Assembly (NCBI GenBank): GCA_951406725.2
Contig: OX597837.1
Location: 20,832,001 to 20,896,000, forward strand
Origin: Octopus vulgaris
Lineage: Eukaryota
Length of the DNA: 64,000 nt
Direction of reading: 5' to 3'
Below are positions 26,694 through 40,454 of the stretch, piece by piece. The notes beneath the pieces are model-generated. The model was not told the origin of the DNA. It ran no database searches and saw nothing but the letters and a program-made list of their open reading frames with translations. Positions within the stretch are counted from its first letter, which is position 1. Every line of letters starts with the position of its first letter. A program made the position numbers and the translations under genes.

Positions 26694-27045
26694 CATTTAT
26701 ATATATATATATATATGTATACACACACGCACGCACACACGTCGCGACTGAAGGAAGAATGATAAACTAAAAAGAAAAGCAAAAGAAACAGATAAAAGCC
26801 ACAACAGATGTCGTGACTCACTCGTTTGTCATCAATGGTGATATCAATATTTTCGCGGTGAAGGAACGAGTGGGGATAGGCTGATGTCTGCCGTTATTAA
26901 TTCTCTTTGTTTTGTGTTGCTCTTCTACATTGGGAAGCCTCGTCCCCCCACCCTCCACTTACTTATCCTTCAGACTTCCTCTTTTATTATTCATTGTTGG
27001 TTTTGTTTGTACTGTTAATGCTTTCCAGCATTTGTGGTTGTTGTA

Positions 27046-27613
27046 TTGGGTTGTCCGGAAAGTTCGTGCCAATTTATAGTAGCTTACCTTTCGACTTATT
27101 TTAGAACATGGTTGAGTCCATAAAATAGGATTTGACTACACCTCCATTTAGAGCACAGTTTAAGCTATCTTTTCGTGGAAGAAGATTTGTGTTCCTATAA
27201 ACTGTGTTAATTCTGTAACCCTTTAAAATGGAAGATAAGAAAAATTCATTTTCGGCCCTTCGTGCTTTGGGAACCAGACAAAAATTGCTGCAGCTCGGCT
27301 GGGATGTGTTACCCCACCCGCCATATTCACCAGATATTGCTCCTTCGGATTTCCACTTATTCAGGTCTCTGCAGAATAGTCTTAAAGGTAAATTTCAATT
27401 CCTTGGATGACGTAAAAAGATACCTTGATGAATTCTTTGCCATGAAACCACCTCAATTCCGGGAAAAGGGTATTTTCAAATTAAAGGAAAGATGGAGACG
27501 CATTGTGCAAAAACAAAATGGTTCATATTTGGTTGATTAAAAATGTAATGGCAAGTATTTATTGACCTTTTTCTTTCCTTTAAAAATCGGCACGAACTTT
27601 CTGGACAACCCAA
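27046..27613 (+). mobile_element. Internally deleted mariner transposon
   Basis: TIRs TTGGGTTGTCC(G/A)GAAAGTTCGTGCC with TA on both flanks; transposase motif WDVLPHPPYSPDIAPSDFHLF. Confidence 0.95.
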
Positions 27614-28114
27614 TAATAATAATCCTTTCTACTAAAGGCATAAGGCCTGGAATTTGGGAGCAGGACACGAGTCGATTACATCGATCCCAATGTTCCACTG
27701 ATACTTGATTTATCGACCCCGAAAGCATGAAAGTCGGTCTCGGCGGAATTTGAAGGCTTGAAATGTTGGTGCAAATCCAGAAGTTATGGGGAGTAGGTAG
27801 GTCGATTACATCGACCCTAGTATATAACTGCTATTCTTTTTGACGACCTCGAAAAGATGAAAGGCAAAGTCGACCTCAGCGGAATTTCAACTCAAAATGT
27901 AAGGCCGGAAAAAATGCCGCTAGGTATTTTGCCTGGCGTGCTAACGATCCTGTCAGCTCACCGTCCATCTATAATAATAATAATAATAGTTCTTTCTATT
28001 ATAAGCACAACGCCTGAAATGTTGGAGCGGAGTTATATAGTTGATTACATTGACCACCAGTGCTTAACTGGTATTCTGCCAGCCGCTACCTTAATAAAGA
28101 TAACACCACTACCA

Positions 28115-28542
<428 letters not shown>

Positions 28543-28649
28543 TTATATCATGTAAACAAAATAAGCTGTGAGTTTTCATCACATAATAATAATAATCCTT
28601 AATGGTCCAACTTCATTTTCGCTGTTACAACCAAAGTTCTTCGAAGAAA

Positions 28650-29209
28650 GATACTTTGTCAAAGAGAATGGATTTGGGACAATAATAGAAGAGTTGAAAC
28701 AGCGTAATCATAACAGTGGCAGTCAAGCTCTCCAGATACCAGAAAAGAATAGATCAATATCAACAGAATAGATTATTTGAGACAGACCAGAGGAGATTTC
28801 ATAACTAAATAAATAGCAGAGAACGAAGTACTGAAGATGAGAAATCTAATGCAGAGGAAGCTAGAAAGTCCTGGAGTAATATTTGGGATGGACCTGTCAA
28901 TTATAATGGAGATGCAGTATGGCTAAAGAAAGTGAGGGAAGAAGTAGTGAGTGAGAAGCAGCCAGATCTAAGATTAACTCTTTACTCTCTTTTTACTTTT
29001 ACTTGTTTCAGTCATTTGACTGTGGCCATGCTGGAGCACCACCTTTAGTCGAGCAAATCGACCCCAGGACTTATTCTGTGTAAGCCTAGTACTTATTCTA
29101 TCGGTCTCTTTTGTCGAACCGCTAAGTTACGGGGACTTAAACATATCAGCATCGGTTGTCAAGCGATGTTGGAGGGACAAACACACACAAACACACAGAC
29201 ACAAACACA

Positions 29210-29284
<75 letters not shown>

Positions 29285-31460
29285 TACAACAGGCTTCTTT
29301 GAGTTTCCGTCTACCAAATCCACTCACAAGGCTTTGGTCGGCCCGAGGCTATAGTAAAAGACACTCACCCAAGGTGCCACGCAGTGGGACTGAACCCGGA
29401 ACCATGTGGTTCGTAAGCAAGCTACTTACCACACAGCTATTCCTATGCCTGACTAGTGCATTAATGAGAAAAGTGTTAGGAAAAATGCCGAATTGGAAGG
29501 GCTCAGGTGCAGATTTAGTTCAGGGGTTCTGGCTAAAGAAACTTAGTAGTTTACATGTGATACTGAGAGAACAACTTCAGGATTGCCTTAATGGAGGAAT
29601 AATACCAGATTGGATGACTAGAGGGTTGCCAATACTCATTATGAAGGATAAAAGGAAGAGTAATATAGCTAGCAACTATAGACCAATCACTTGCTTACCA
29701 TTAGTGTGGAAGCTGTTAACAGGAATACTTTCAGGAAGCATTTACGAGTACCTTGAAAACCAGAATTGACTACCAAAAGAACAGAAAGGTTGCAGGAAGG
29801 CTAGAGGAATGCATGATCTATTATATATAGACAAAGCAGTTCTAAATGAAGTAAACGCTACAAAAGAAAAATTTAACAACAGTATGGATAGATTATAGGT
29901 AAGTCTATGACATGATCCCACACTATTGGGTAAGTAAATGCTTTAGTATATTCAGTATAGCAGACGACATAAGAGAATCAATTAGCTTTAGCGTGAAGAA
30001 ATGGAAAGTAGATCTATACTCAGGTGACACACCCTTAGGGATAGTTAATATCAAAAAAGGAATTATCCAGAGGGACTCATTGTCTCCTCTAATATTTGTC
30101 TTATGTTTGATCCCCGTCAGTTTAGTATTAAGGAAGGCAAAGGCAGGGTATTAGTTTAGAAATAGTAAGGGAAAAGTTAACCATTTGCTCTATATAGATG
30201 ATCTGAAGCTTTTTAGTAAGAATGAAAAAGAGATATATTCCTTAATACAAACTGTAAGACTCTTCAGCAAAGATATAGACATGGAATTTGGCATAGATAA
30301 GTACGCAATATTAGTCATGAGAAGGAGACAGATAGTCAACAGCGAAGGCATCCATTTATCAGATGACCAGACATTAAAATCATTGAAAGGAGGGGAGAAT
30401 TATAAGTATCTAGGTGTATTAGAATCCAACAGAGTACTAACAACAGAAATGGAAACGAAATTTGAGTGTGAGGAAGCTAATAAAGTCAAAGCTAAATGAT
30501 CTGAATCTAGTGAAGGCTGTAAATACTTGGACAGTATCATTACTTGGATACTCAGCAGCTTTTGTAGATTGGACAAAAACTGAATCACCAAAGCTGGACA
30601 GAAGAACTAGGAAGGAATTCGATATGAATGAAGGACTCCACCCAAGAGCAGGAATAGCACGAATATACCTACCTAGAAAGGAAGGCGGAAGAGGTTTGAT
30701 ATCAGTAGAAGACTGCGTGGAGTTAGGTAGAGTAGATATAGACTCCTATGTAGGTAATAGTAAAGACAGTTTATTAAAAGCTGCTAGAGTCACAGCAAGA
30801 CATAAGGAAACCAAAACACAAACGAAGTTAAAAACCAGAAAATAGAGCAGAAATTATCTGACTGGTAGAAGAAGCCGTTGCCCGTTAGATTCCCAAAGGT
30901 AGTTTCAGCAAATAGTAGTACTGAGACATGGTTATGGCGGCAGAAAGGAAAGCTAAAGAGGAAGACAGAAAGTATGTTGGTAACGGCACAAGATCAAGCA
31001 TTAAGGACTAATTGGATAAAGGCTAAGATAGACAAAAACCTAGTAGATACCCAATGTAGGTTTTGCAAATCAAAAGAAGAAAGCGCTACTCATATAGTAA
31101 GTGAATGCTGGCACGAAAAGAATACAAAAAAAGACATGACAACCTAGGGAGAGTAATCCACTGGGAGTTAGATAGAAAGCTAGTATTTGAACATACTGAT
31201 AAATGGTATGATCATGGATCTTGTAAAGTACTAGAAAGTAAGAAATACAAGATGTGGGACTTTAACATTTAGACTGACAGTGTAATAAAAGCTAGAAGAC
31301 TTGATTTGCTTGTAGTAGATAAAGAGTGCCAGATAATTGACTATACAGTCTCAAATGATGAAAAAATTAATGATAAATACGGAGAAAAAGCAAAGCATCA
31401 GGACCTAGTTATTGAATTACAGAGACTACGGAAAGAGCCGGTAAAATGGAAAAGACAGTG
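28650..31460 (+). pseudogene. Decayed R4/Dong-type LINE: RT, CCHC finger and RLE
   Basis: NYRPITCLPLVWKLLT, GIIQRDSLSPLIF, LYIDDLKLF, YKYLGV, IYLPRKEGGRGL, AQDQALRTN, CRFCKSKEESATHIVSEC; multiple stops and frameshifts. Confidence 0.92.
28979..29450 (-). mobile_element. SINE family A nested in the R4/Dong LINE
   Basis: Full family sequence interrupting the LINE reading frame. Confidence 0.9.
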
Positions 31461-31479
31461 AAATACGATAAAAATATAC

Positions 31480-32575
31480 ATTGTATACAGAGTGTATGAT
31501 AACAAGTAATGGTGTAGTCCTCCTGATGGAGGAGAAACTCCCGTTAAGGCCAGTCAAGGAGCTCCACATATCCAAGATTACACTGATCACCAAAAGCAAA
31601 TGTTGCAAACCATTTTTACCACAGTCGCCTATCTTTTCACCGATTCACTGGAAGGTAGCGCTTCCCTCTCCATCCACTTGACTGAAGAGGAAAGTGTTCT
31701 TTCAAACTCGTCCCCCACACTGTCTCTTCCGCCATAGCCACTAGACAGAGAAACACCACCTGCCTTGCCTTGCTAAAGATGGATATTGGGGCGATCTTCA
31801 CGATGGATTCGGCTGATAGTCGGATTCGACCCACAGGTGATAACAGCTTTCGACATAGTTTCACAAATCGGTAATACTCGGACACTGTGAGTGCAGACCG
31901 CTTTCATCGCTTTATGCGCATCTCGGACAGTTCCGCTCGACAGCGCTTCCGCGCCTGTAGAGTTTATCTATTTTAGGTACAAAGCTTGAAATTTGGGGTG
32001 AGAGAACTAGTCGTTTACACTCCACCCCAGTACTTAACTGACACTTATTTCATCGGTGAAAGACAAAGTCAACCTCGGCAACATTTGAACTCAGAGCGTA
32101 AAAACTAACGAAATGCCGCTCGCTCAATCAAAATGGAAGACATCACAAGGATAGGGTCACAAAAGCTGAAAGTTAGGATCTCGATGTAAGGGAAAATGTA
32201 AAGAACATGGTAACATAGAGGTCGGTTTCGCTCCCCTGCACGCATATTTGGACAGGTTCGGTTTTCGGTGCTTCCATGCCTGAGAAGCTTGTCTCTAACA
32301 TAAATTTCCCTTCTCCTTGTTGCCAAAGACTTTTGGAAGTTGTACATAGACTTCGATCTGAAAGTGCTCCTGAAGAGACCACTCAAACGGTTCTTGTCGA
32401 CGCCCAGAGTCAACCCTGGTTCTTGTCTCTCATACTCTTTAGAGAAATCTTGAGTTGTTTTCCAAATAACGGCTTTGTACAGCTGTGAGTGCTTGGCAAC
32501 ATTCTTGACGTCTAGCGCCCAATCTTGGTCTACGCTTGACCATGACTACAGCTAGGTCAAGAAAGACGTGTCGCA
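31480..32575 (-). pseudogene. Two decayed L1/Tx1-type 3' fragments separated by a family B SINE (~31975-32120)
   Basis: NFQKSLA..VRDKLLRHGS and VGRIRLSAESIV..VFLCLVAMAEETVW align with the 20751-21509 peptide. Confidence 0.8.
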
Positions 32576-32748
32576 CGAAAGGTGTTCACAACGATGGCGA
32601 CAACAACTACAACAATAATAAAAAATAAATAATGGTTTCTAATTTAGGCAAAAGGCCAACAAATTTAAGGGGAAGAGATTAGTCGATACCATCAATTCCG
32701 GTACTTCAATGATACTTATTTTATCAAGCAGGATAAATAAAATGCAAG

Positions 32749-32785
<37 letters not shown>

Positions 32786-32905
32786 TTGGTATCTAGAAGA
32801 CCCAAAAAGTGGCAGGTAACGCTAAGTGCTATGGACAGACGGTAATTAAACTCTTGGTTCGGTAGTGATACAAGTGAGGAGTCTAATGTGGGTCTTGTAT
32901 TAGCA

Positions 32906-32954
<49 letters not shown>

Positions 32955-33026
32955 CAAAATGAGATAACAAAGCCAAGGCTGTGAAGAGGATTTTAGAACA
33001 TTTATAAGGAAAAAGATACAGATATA

Positions 33027-33074
33027 GTCTTACAGCTGTTTCTGGGATATTATGGATATCCCTTCATCAGAAAC
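33027..33074 (-). ncRNA. Type I hammerhead motif in a (TA)n-anchored element (~32951-33110)
   Basis: GTTT-CTGATGA-A-GGGATAT(CCATA)ATATCCC-A-GAAACAGCTGT-A-AGAC; palindromic stem III, GUA site. Confidence 0.75.
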
Positions 33075-33675
33075 GATGTTATTTCATTTTATCTAATATA
33101 TATGTATATAGATATATAAATTTGTGTTGCAAGATTCCTGATGTGAAATCGTGTGTTGAAACAGATAATGTTCGATTTCTCCGTTGCCCAAATTTCCGAT
33201 CTTGAGTTAGAATTTATTAAATCGTCGGACAAAGATACCTTGAGCTGTTTGTTCCAGCTCTTTGCATTCTGAGTTAAAATCTCACAGAGAACTCCTTTGC
33301 TTTTCATCCTTTTAGAGTCGATAATAAAGTAGTCGTCATACCTCATGCCCTGGGTATGACTTTAAACTACATCTGGTTGTAGGTCCCTGGTTCGGGAGCG
33401 TCAGGGCTTTGAGGTGTAAAGAACCACCTCTCAGCCACTGTTGTTCCGAGGGCGACTCTGACCCGCATTAGTAACACCTCTCAAGGTACCGGCTACGGGT
33501 CAATTTGCTTATTAGGGCTTGCCTGCCCATACATGTAAAGACTGGATATGCGGGACTCTGCAGAGGAAACCTTCATGGTTTAACAAAGTTGAAGGCGGCT
33601 GCAGGAAGGCATTGTGGGATGCAGAGAGCAAGATAAGGCATGACATGTGCGTCATCCACTGCATCCGTCTCCATC

Positions 33676-33848
33676 CCCCAGTCGTCCTCACTCCAGTCGT
33701 CTTGATCCCTGTCGTCATGACCCACCCCCACCAGTTGTCTTGACCTCCCTCGTCGTCTTGACTCCCCAGTCGTCTTGACCTCCCCCGTCGTCTTAACCCC
33801 TCAGTCGTCTTGACGCCCCAGTCATCTTAACCCCCCAGTCGTCTTGCC
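33676..33848. repeat. ~17-bp minisatellite (CCCCAGTCGTCTTGAC-like)
   Basis: About ten diverged units. Confidence 0.85.
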
Positions 33849-33890
33849 CCTCCCCCTCCCGCGCAAGTCATAAGTCATCCTAAAGGATTT

Positions 33891-33947
<57 letters not shown>

Positions 33948-33948
<1 letters not shown>

Positions 33949-34262
33949 GCCGCTACGTTCTGAGTTCAAAGTCCGCCGAGGTCAACTTTGCCTTTCATCC
34001 TTTCGGGGTCGATTAAATAAGTACCAATTAGGCACTGGGATCGATATAATCGACTTAATCCGCTTGTCTGTCCTTGTTTGTCCCCTCTGTGTGTAGCCCC
34101 TTGTGGGCAGTAAAGAAATAGTTATTTCGTCTGCCGCTACATTCTGAGTTCAAATTCCGCCGAGGTCGACTTTGCCTTTCATCTTTTCGGTGTCGATAAA
34201 ATAAATACCAGTTGAACGCTGGGGGCGAAGTAACCGACTAGTCCCCTCCCAAAAATTTCAGG
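33948..34262 (+). mobile_element. Family B SINE, dimeric core
   Basis: Core repeated after AAAGAAATAG junction. Confidence 0.85.
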
Positions 34263-34609
34263 GAAAGAAATATTGTTGCTGTTGTTGTTATTATTACTGT
34301 TATTGTTTTTGTGGTGGTGGTGGAGGTGGTTAATGATAAAGTGTCTCCGATCAGGTATAATTTAGGATTAAACGACAATAGCCTCCCTTTGATTCTCATA
34401 CTCTGACTCCGAAACTCACTGCCGCACGCACACTCGCACTCATGATTCAAACTCAGTCAATCGTTTTCTGCATAATATTGAGCTAAACTTAGAGTTGCAT
34501 TTAGAGTGAAGCCTTACAACTAAGACCGCCAGGGGAAGTTTATAAAAATAATTATCAAGCGAATAGAGATGGAATGTTCAGGGTTAGTTAGCACTGTTGG
34601 CGTGTACAA

Positions 34610-34662
<53 letters not shown>

Positions 34663-35487
34663 CGTCAAAGATGGCGCTGACAGAATCAACGGTGATCTGG
34701 TCAACTATGGCCGTTAATCAACGTAATGAGGCTTCTGCAGGAAGTAATCAGTTTTTATGTATGCACACAAACACGCAAACACGCAAACACATACGCACAT
34801 TTAAACATACATACACACACATTCAAACGCACAAATACACTGATATGTGTGTGTGTGTGAGTGTGTGTATGTTTATATATATATGTATTTACATATGCGT
34901 GTGTGTGTACATGTGTGTGTATGTTTGTATATATATATATATATATATATATGTTTATATATGTATGTATATATATATGTGTGTGCGTGCGTGTATGTAT
35001 ATATGTATGTGTGTATTAATTTACCCATTCAGCTTAGTTTGGATGTGTTGTTTAAACGCTGTAAGCTACCGTATTCGTACCGAGAAGTTATCTCGTACAG
35101 ACGTTTAATGCTAAACAGCACAGACGGATGAGAACTGTTGTATTACATGATTTCGGCATAATTTCTACCCACCCCACCTCGTGACTGTAGCGAAAATCAC
35201 GTTACCAAGCGATATAGGTAACATTGAATAAAACATTCACGGATAGCTGCCGGGATGAATGAAAAATCTGGTTTTCGCAATTAAAGCAGTATTAAATTTA
35301 AATAACCATCTATGTCACTACGTAATTGAAAAGGCCTCAAAATACCGAAATATTTCTTCGTAATTTTTAAGTGTTTTCTTGTTTGTAGTAACCTATTTTG
35401 CTGTACATTTTTTTTGTAGTTGATTCAATGTATTCATTTTCGTATCCATAGATACCGTCTTCCTCGGGAGAAATCGTATTTCAAATA

Positions 35488-35707
35488 CTCTTTACTTTTG
35501 TATTTGTTTCAGTCATTTAACTGCGGCCATGCTGGAGCACCGCCTTTCGTCGAACTAATCGACCCCAGGAGTTATTCTTTGTAAGCCTAGTACTTATTCT
35601 ATCGGTCACTTTTGCCAAACTGCTAAGTTACGGGAACGTAAACACACCAGCATCGGTTGTCAAGCGATGTTGGAGGGGATAAACACAGACACACAAACAT
35701 ATACAGG

Positions 35708-35747
<40 letters not shown>

Positions 35748-35882
35748 CGACGGGCTTCTTTCGGTTTCCGTCTACCAAATCCACTCACAAGGTTTTGGTC
35801 GGCCCGAGGCTATAGTAGAAGACACTTGCCCAAGGTGCCACGTAGAGGGACTGAACCCGGAATACAGCCATTCCTCCGCCTA
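35488..35882 (-). mobile_element. SINE family A
   Basis: Family sequence with a deletion in the head. Confidence 0.85.
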
Positions 35883-36249
35883 TAAAACATAAACGGACGA
35901 AAGGTCGCCAAGAAATTTGCTCCGTGTCCTGACGATTCTGCCAACTCGCCATTAATAAATAATAATTTAAAACGTTTTTCTTATTTAATCCCAGAGATAT
36001 CTCTTATCTTTTAAAATCGTTTATCATTTACTCGTTTCAGTAGTTGGACAGAGTTTGTAACGAACGAGTTTTTATAGCGTGCTACTTATTATATCGGTCT
36101 CTTTGGTCAAACTCTAAGTTATGGGGATGTAGACAAACCAATACCGGTTGTCAGTGGGGAGGGGGACAAACACAACGATACGTACACATAGCTACATACA
36201 CACACACACACACACACATACACACACACACACATATCATTTTTCAGCC

Positions 36250-36472
36250 AAGCAATGACACACGTGCTTTTCGCGGACTATTCTTTCCCTTCTCTCCAGA
36301 CTTTTCCCTCTTTCGTCTTCTTGACGAAGAGCCATGCTCGAAACGTCACACCCCGTCTTTTTTTCCCATCTTAAACTTTCTCCAGCATCAATCTGATACA
36401 TTCACTGTGTTCATCTTTTGACTTTTGTTATTTTTCTTTTTTTCTTTTTATTTTTTATTTTTCCGGCAAATT

Positions 36473-36476
<4 letters not shown>
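36250..36476 (+). mobile_element. Diverged HH1-like element
   Basis: TTGACGA-A-GAGC(CAT)GCTC-GAAACGTC at 36321-36347; ends in (TA)n. Confidence 0.6.
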
Positions 36477-36540
<64 letters not shown>

Positions 36541-36783
36541 AGATAAGAAAATGGAGAAATACATCTAAATCAAATATCAATTATCAGATAATACTCAATC
36601 ACATACTTTATTAAACCACCACATAAGAGACTGTAGGGTTAAACATAAAAAAGCAGAACAAATCAGTGTACACAGAGGAATGTACATAAAAAAGTGTACA
36701 TAAAAGAGTAATGTTGTATAATAAGTAGAAAATATATAAAAAAGAGAATATGAATATAAGTAAATATAAATATAAGTATAGAT

Positions 36784-36916
36784 TACATCTTACAGCTGTT
36801 TCGGCCATGTAGATAAGTATGTCTCATTTTACCAATATTAGCCTATTATGGTAGGTCAATATATGGATATAAATGAGACATTTACAAAAGTATCATAAGG
36901 CCTCTTCAGAGATATA
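36784..36916 (-). ncRNA. Type I hammerhead motif with a long stem II insert
   Basis: TATATCT-CTGAAGA-GGCC[92 nt]GGCC-GAAACAGCTGT-A-AGATGTA; insert holds an 11-bp inverted repeat ATGTCTCATTT/AAATGAGACAT. Confidence 0.75.
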
Positions 36917-38144
36917 CATATACATATGAGTGCATATACACACTGCTATACATATAAAAATATAAATATACATAATAATGCAAATAAATAATATAAATTA
37001 GTAAACATATATATGTTCCACACTCAATGTTTCAGTTCTTCAACTTAATATTGTGATAATAAACATACACATATTAGTACCTAGATGCAAATATACATAG
37101 TCAATAGTACATTATATTATTTCCTACTAATTTCAAAAGTGTCATTAAAGTTAGCATCATTATCGTTGTCAATACCATTAATGCTACCATCATTATCATT
37201 CATAATATTATTAATAACGCTTACATTAGGATCCAAAGTGGCACATATGTATGTCCGGGTTCCATTTAGTAATTTTCCTTATGACATAAATACACTATTG
37301 GATTTGAATTTAAATTATCATTGTCTACCTTATGGTTGGTCCGTTGAGAGCTGCCCCCACACCGCACAAGAAAAACATACACATCCCCATTCAACCCTAA
37401 ACCCACACACACATGCACACACACATGCACACACACATGCACACACACATGAATAAACCCCGACACATCGCTACACATTCACTAGATTGCGGAGTGCATG
37501 TCTGTCATCACATGGCTTATAGACAAATCAGTACAGGCCGCAGTGTCTATACACTAACACACACACTCATACGCACATCCGCATATACTCATAGATATTA
37601 ATACAATCTCATATACTGTATCAGTGAACATTCGCACACACATATATATACATATTTAAATATATGTCTACGCACTCATACGTACAAATAAAACCTATAC
37701 TTATATCCACATATGTATAAGAAAAACATACATCCGCACGTCCACACACGAACATACCTATACGTACAAAAACATACATTCGTACACATACACATTTTCA
37801 CACACATCGCCACCTCAACCCACATCTACCAAATCATAAATTAAAAATATATGTCTGCCCATCCAAGAACGTATATATACATACACAAAAAGTAAACAGA
37901 AGTTACTATTAACTTAGATATAAGTTCATTAATTATAAATTAAATTAAATCAATTATAAGTTAGTAAGTGCCAAATAAACAAAAATACATAATTAAATAA
38001 ATAAATATATAATATATATATATATATATATATCCATGTATAGATAAATAGATAAATAAAATGGAATACAAATTAAGAAGAGCACAAAGATAAACCTAAT
38101 ATAGTAGTATGTATGTATGTAGGTATGTATGTATGTATGTATGT

Positions 38145-38224
<80 letters not shown>

Positions 38225-38562
38225 TTTCGGTCCCACTGCGTAGCACCTTGGGCAAGTATCTTTTTCTATAGCCTAGGGACGACCAAAGCTTTGCATGTGA
38301 ATTTAGTAGACGGAAACTGAAAGAAACTTGTCTGTGTATATATATATTTGTATATCTATGTCTGACCCACACCACAGCTTGACAACCGATGTTGTCCACG
38401 TAACCTAGCTGTTCGGGAAAAGAGACCGATAGAGTAATTCCCAGTCTTATAAACAAACAAGTACTAGGGTTGATTCATTAGACTAAAAATTATTCAAAGC
38501 AGCACTCCAGTATGGCCGCAGTCTAACGACTGAAACAAGTAAAACAAAATGTGTGTGTGTGT

Positions 38563-38613
<51 letters not shown>

Positions 38614-38672
38614 CGTGCGTGTGTGTGTGTGTATGTGTGTGAACGTCGGTATTATCTCAGGTATTATTGTAG

Positions 38673-38892
38673 GGCGGCGACCTGGCAGAAACGTTAGCAC
38701 TCCGGGCGAAATGCGTAGCCGTATTTCGTCTGCCGTTACGTTCTGAGTTCAAATTACGCCGAGGTCGACTTTGCCTTTCATCCTTTCGGGGTCGATAAAT
38801 TAAGTACCAGTTACACACTAGGGTTGATATAATCGACTTAATCCGTTTGTCCTCTCTGTGTTTAGCCCCTTGTGGGTAGTAAATAAATAGGT
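38673..38892 (+). mobile_element. SINE family B
   Basis: Head, core and TAGCCCCTTGTGGGTAGTAAA tail. Confidence 0.9.
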
Positions 38893-39598
38893 ATTATCTC
38901 AGAATTGTAAGTTTGTTGCGATCACACTCTTCGAACAGCGCATAACCAATGTGTTAAGTAAAGAGAATTGTTTCTAGGCGGGAATGGAAACCTGGACGTG
39001 AGATCATTTCAGACGGAAACACTAAACTAAAATATCTTATCTGCTCGACAGAAACCCACATTGCAAAGAATTTCTCGTTCAACAAGAGAATATCTTCCGT
39101 ACGGTTGGTCTGTTTGGCAAAGGAGGAAAATCACAATTTGTTTCGCGACAATGTCGAAATTTATTTCGCGCTATAACCTTTTGTACGGTTGCCATATCAA
39201 TAGCAATACCGATATTAATATCGTTTATAACTTCCTTCCAGGCAGCAATGCTTTGTTTATGGAATACGTGCTTATAATTTACACGGGAAAACCTCGGCGA
39301 ATTTTCATTATTTTTATTTTCACCGTCATTAAAGAAATCTTTTTCTGGCAATTCTGTCTGCGGTTTCATTCCCCGTTGGCAATGTGAGATTAATTGTGAA
39401 GCATCTTATTGATTTTATTAAGTCATTCGTCCACAACTGTGTAATTCCAACCCGCAGTGTGGTCATTGGAGTTTTATAATTGATCTCCCCAAGTGTTTCA
39501 AATGATTTTCAGAGGTTATGTTGCAACTATTTATAAAAACTTCAAAAGCGCCAAAATATTACACACACGCACGCACGCAAGCTCACTCGCACACACAT

Positions 39599-39669
<71 letters not shown>

Positions 39670-39713
39670 TATATATGTATATATATGCATATATATATAT
39701 GTGTATATATATG

Positions 39714-39771
<58 letters not shown>

Positions 39772-40454
39772 CATACATACACATATACATAGGCACACAC
39801 TCACGTACACGCACGCACGTAGAAAACATATTTACATATATATAAACATAAATACACATGCATATTAGAACACGCATACTGATCCGTTGAGATATATCTA
39901 TGAATGAGTACACACACACACGCATGTGTGTATGTGTGTATGTATGTACGTGAGAGGGCCCGGAAGATTATGTCTACTTTGGGTTCTAATGGAGTAATTT
40001 CCACTGCCGCCAATTCTTTCATTCTTCACTCGTCAACACCTCCCCGGCAACCATCTCGCCACCACCACCACCACCGCCGCCACCGCCACCACCACCAACA
40101 TCGTTACATCTGTTCAAATTATGATGGAAGCCAGAGACGAAAATGATTGCACATGCAACAATCAGTTACTTAAACTAATAAATAAAAGAGGAATTAGTCC
40201 AGTCCTGTTGACCAGCCAATAGTAACTGGCCGTGTTGCACTGAAATTGGTGATCGACCAAGTGTATAATTGAGTAGAGCTTTCTATCTAAAAGTACGAGG
40301 TTCGTATCCGACCAGCATTCAAATCACCTCGGACAGCATTCTCTGTGGCTACTTTCTTGCTTCTTTCGACATGAATCATATCGGATGATTCATTAATTCG
40401 TCGATAATTGGTTGATTTTATTAGTTGTTTGTTTGATTGATTATTTATTTGATT

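Noticed and set aside
40255-40330. Possible tRNA gene (GGTTCGTATCC)
   Set aside because: No cloverleaf or usable A-box; at most a decayed SINE head. SINE heads elsewhere are likewise not called tRNAs
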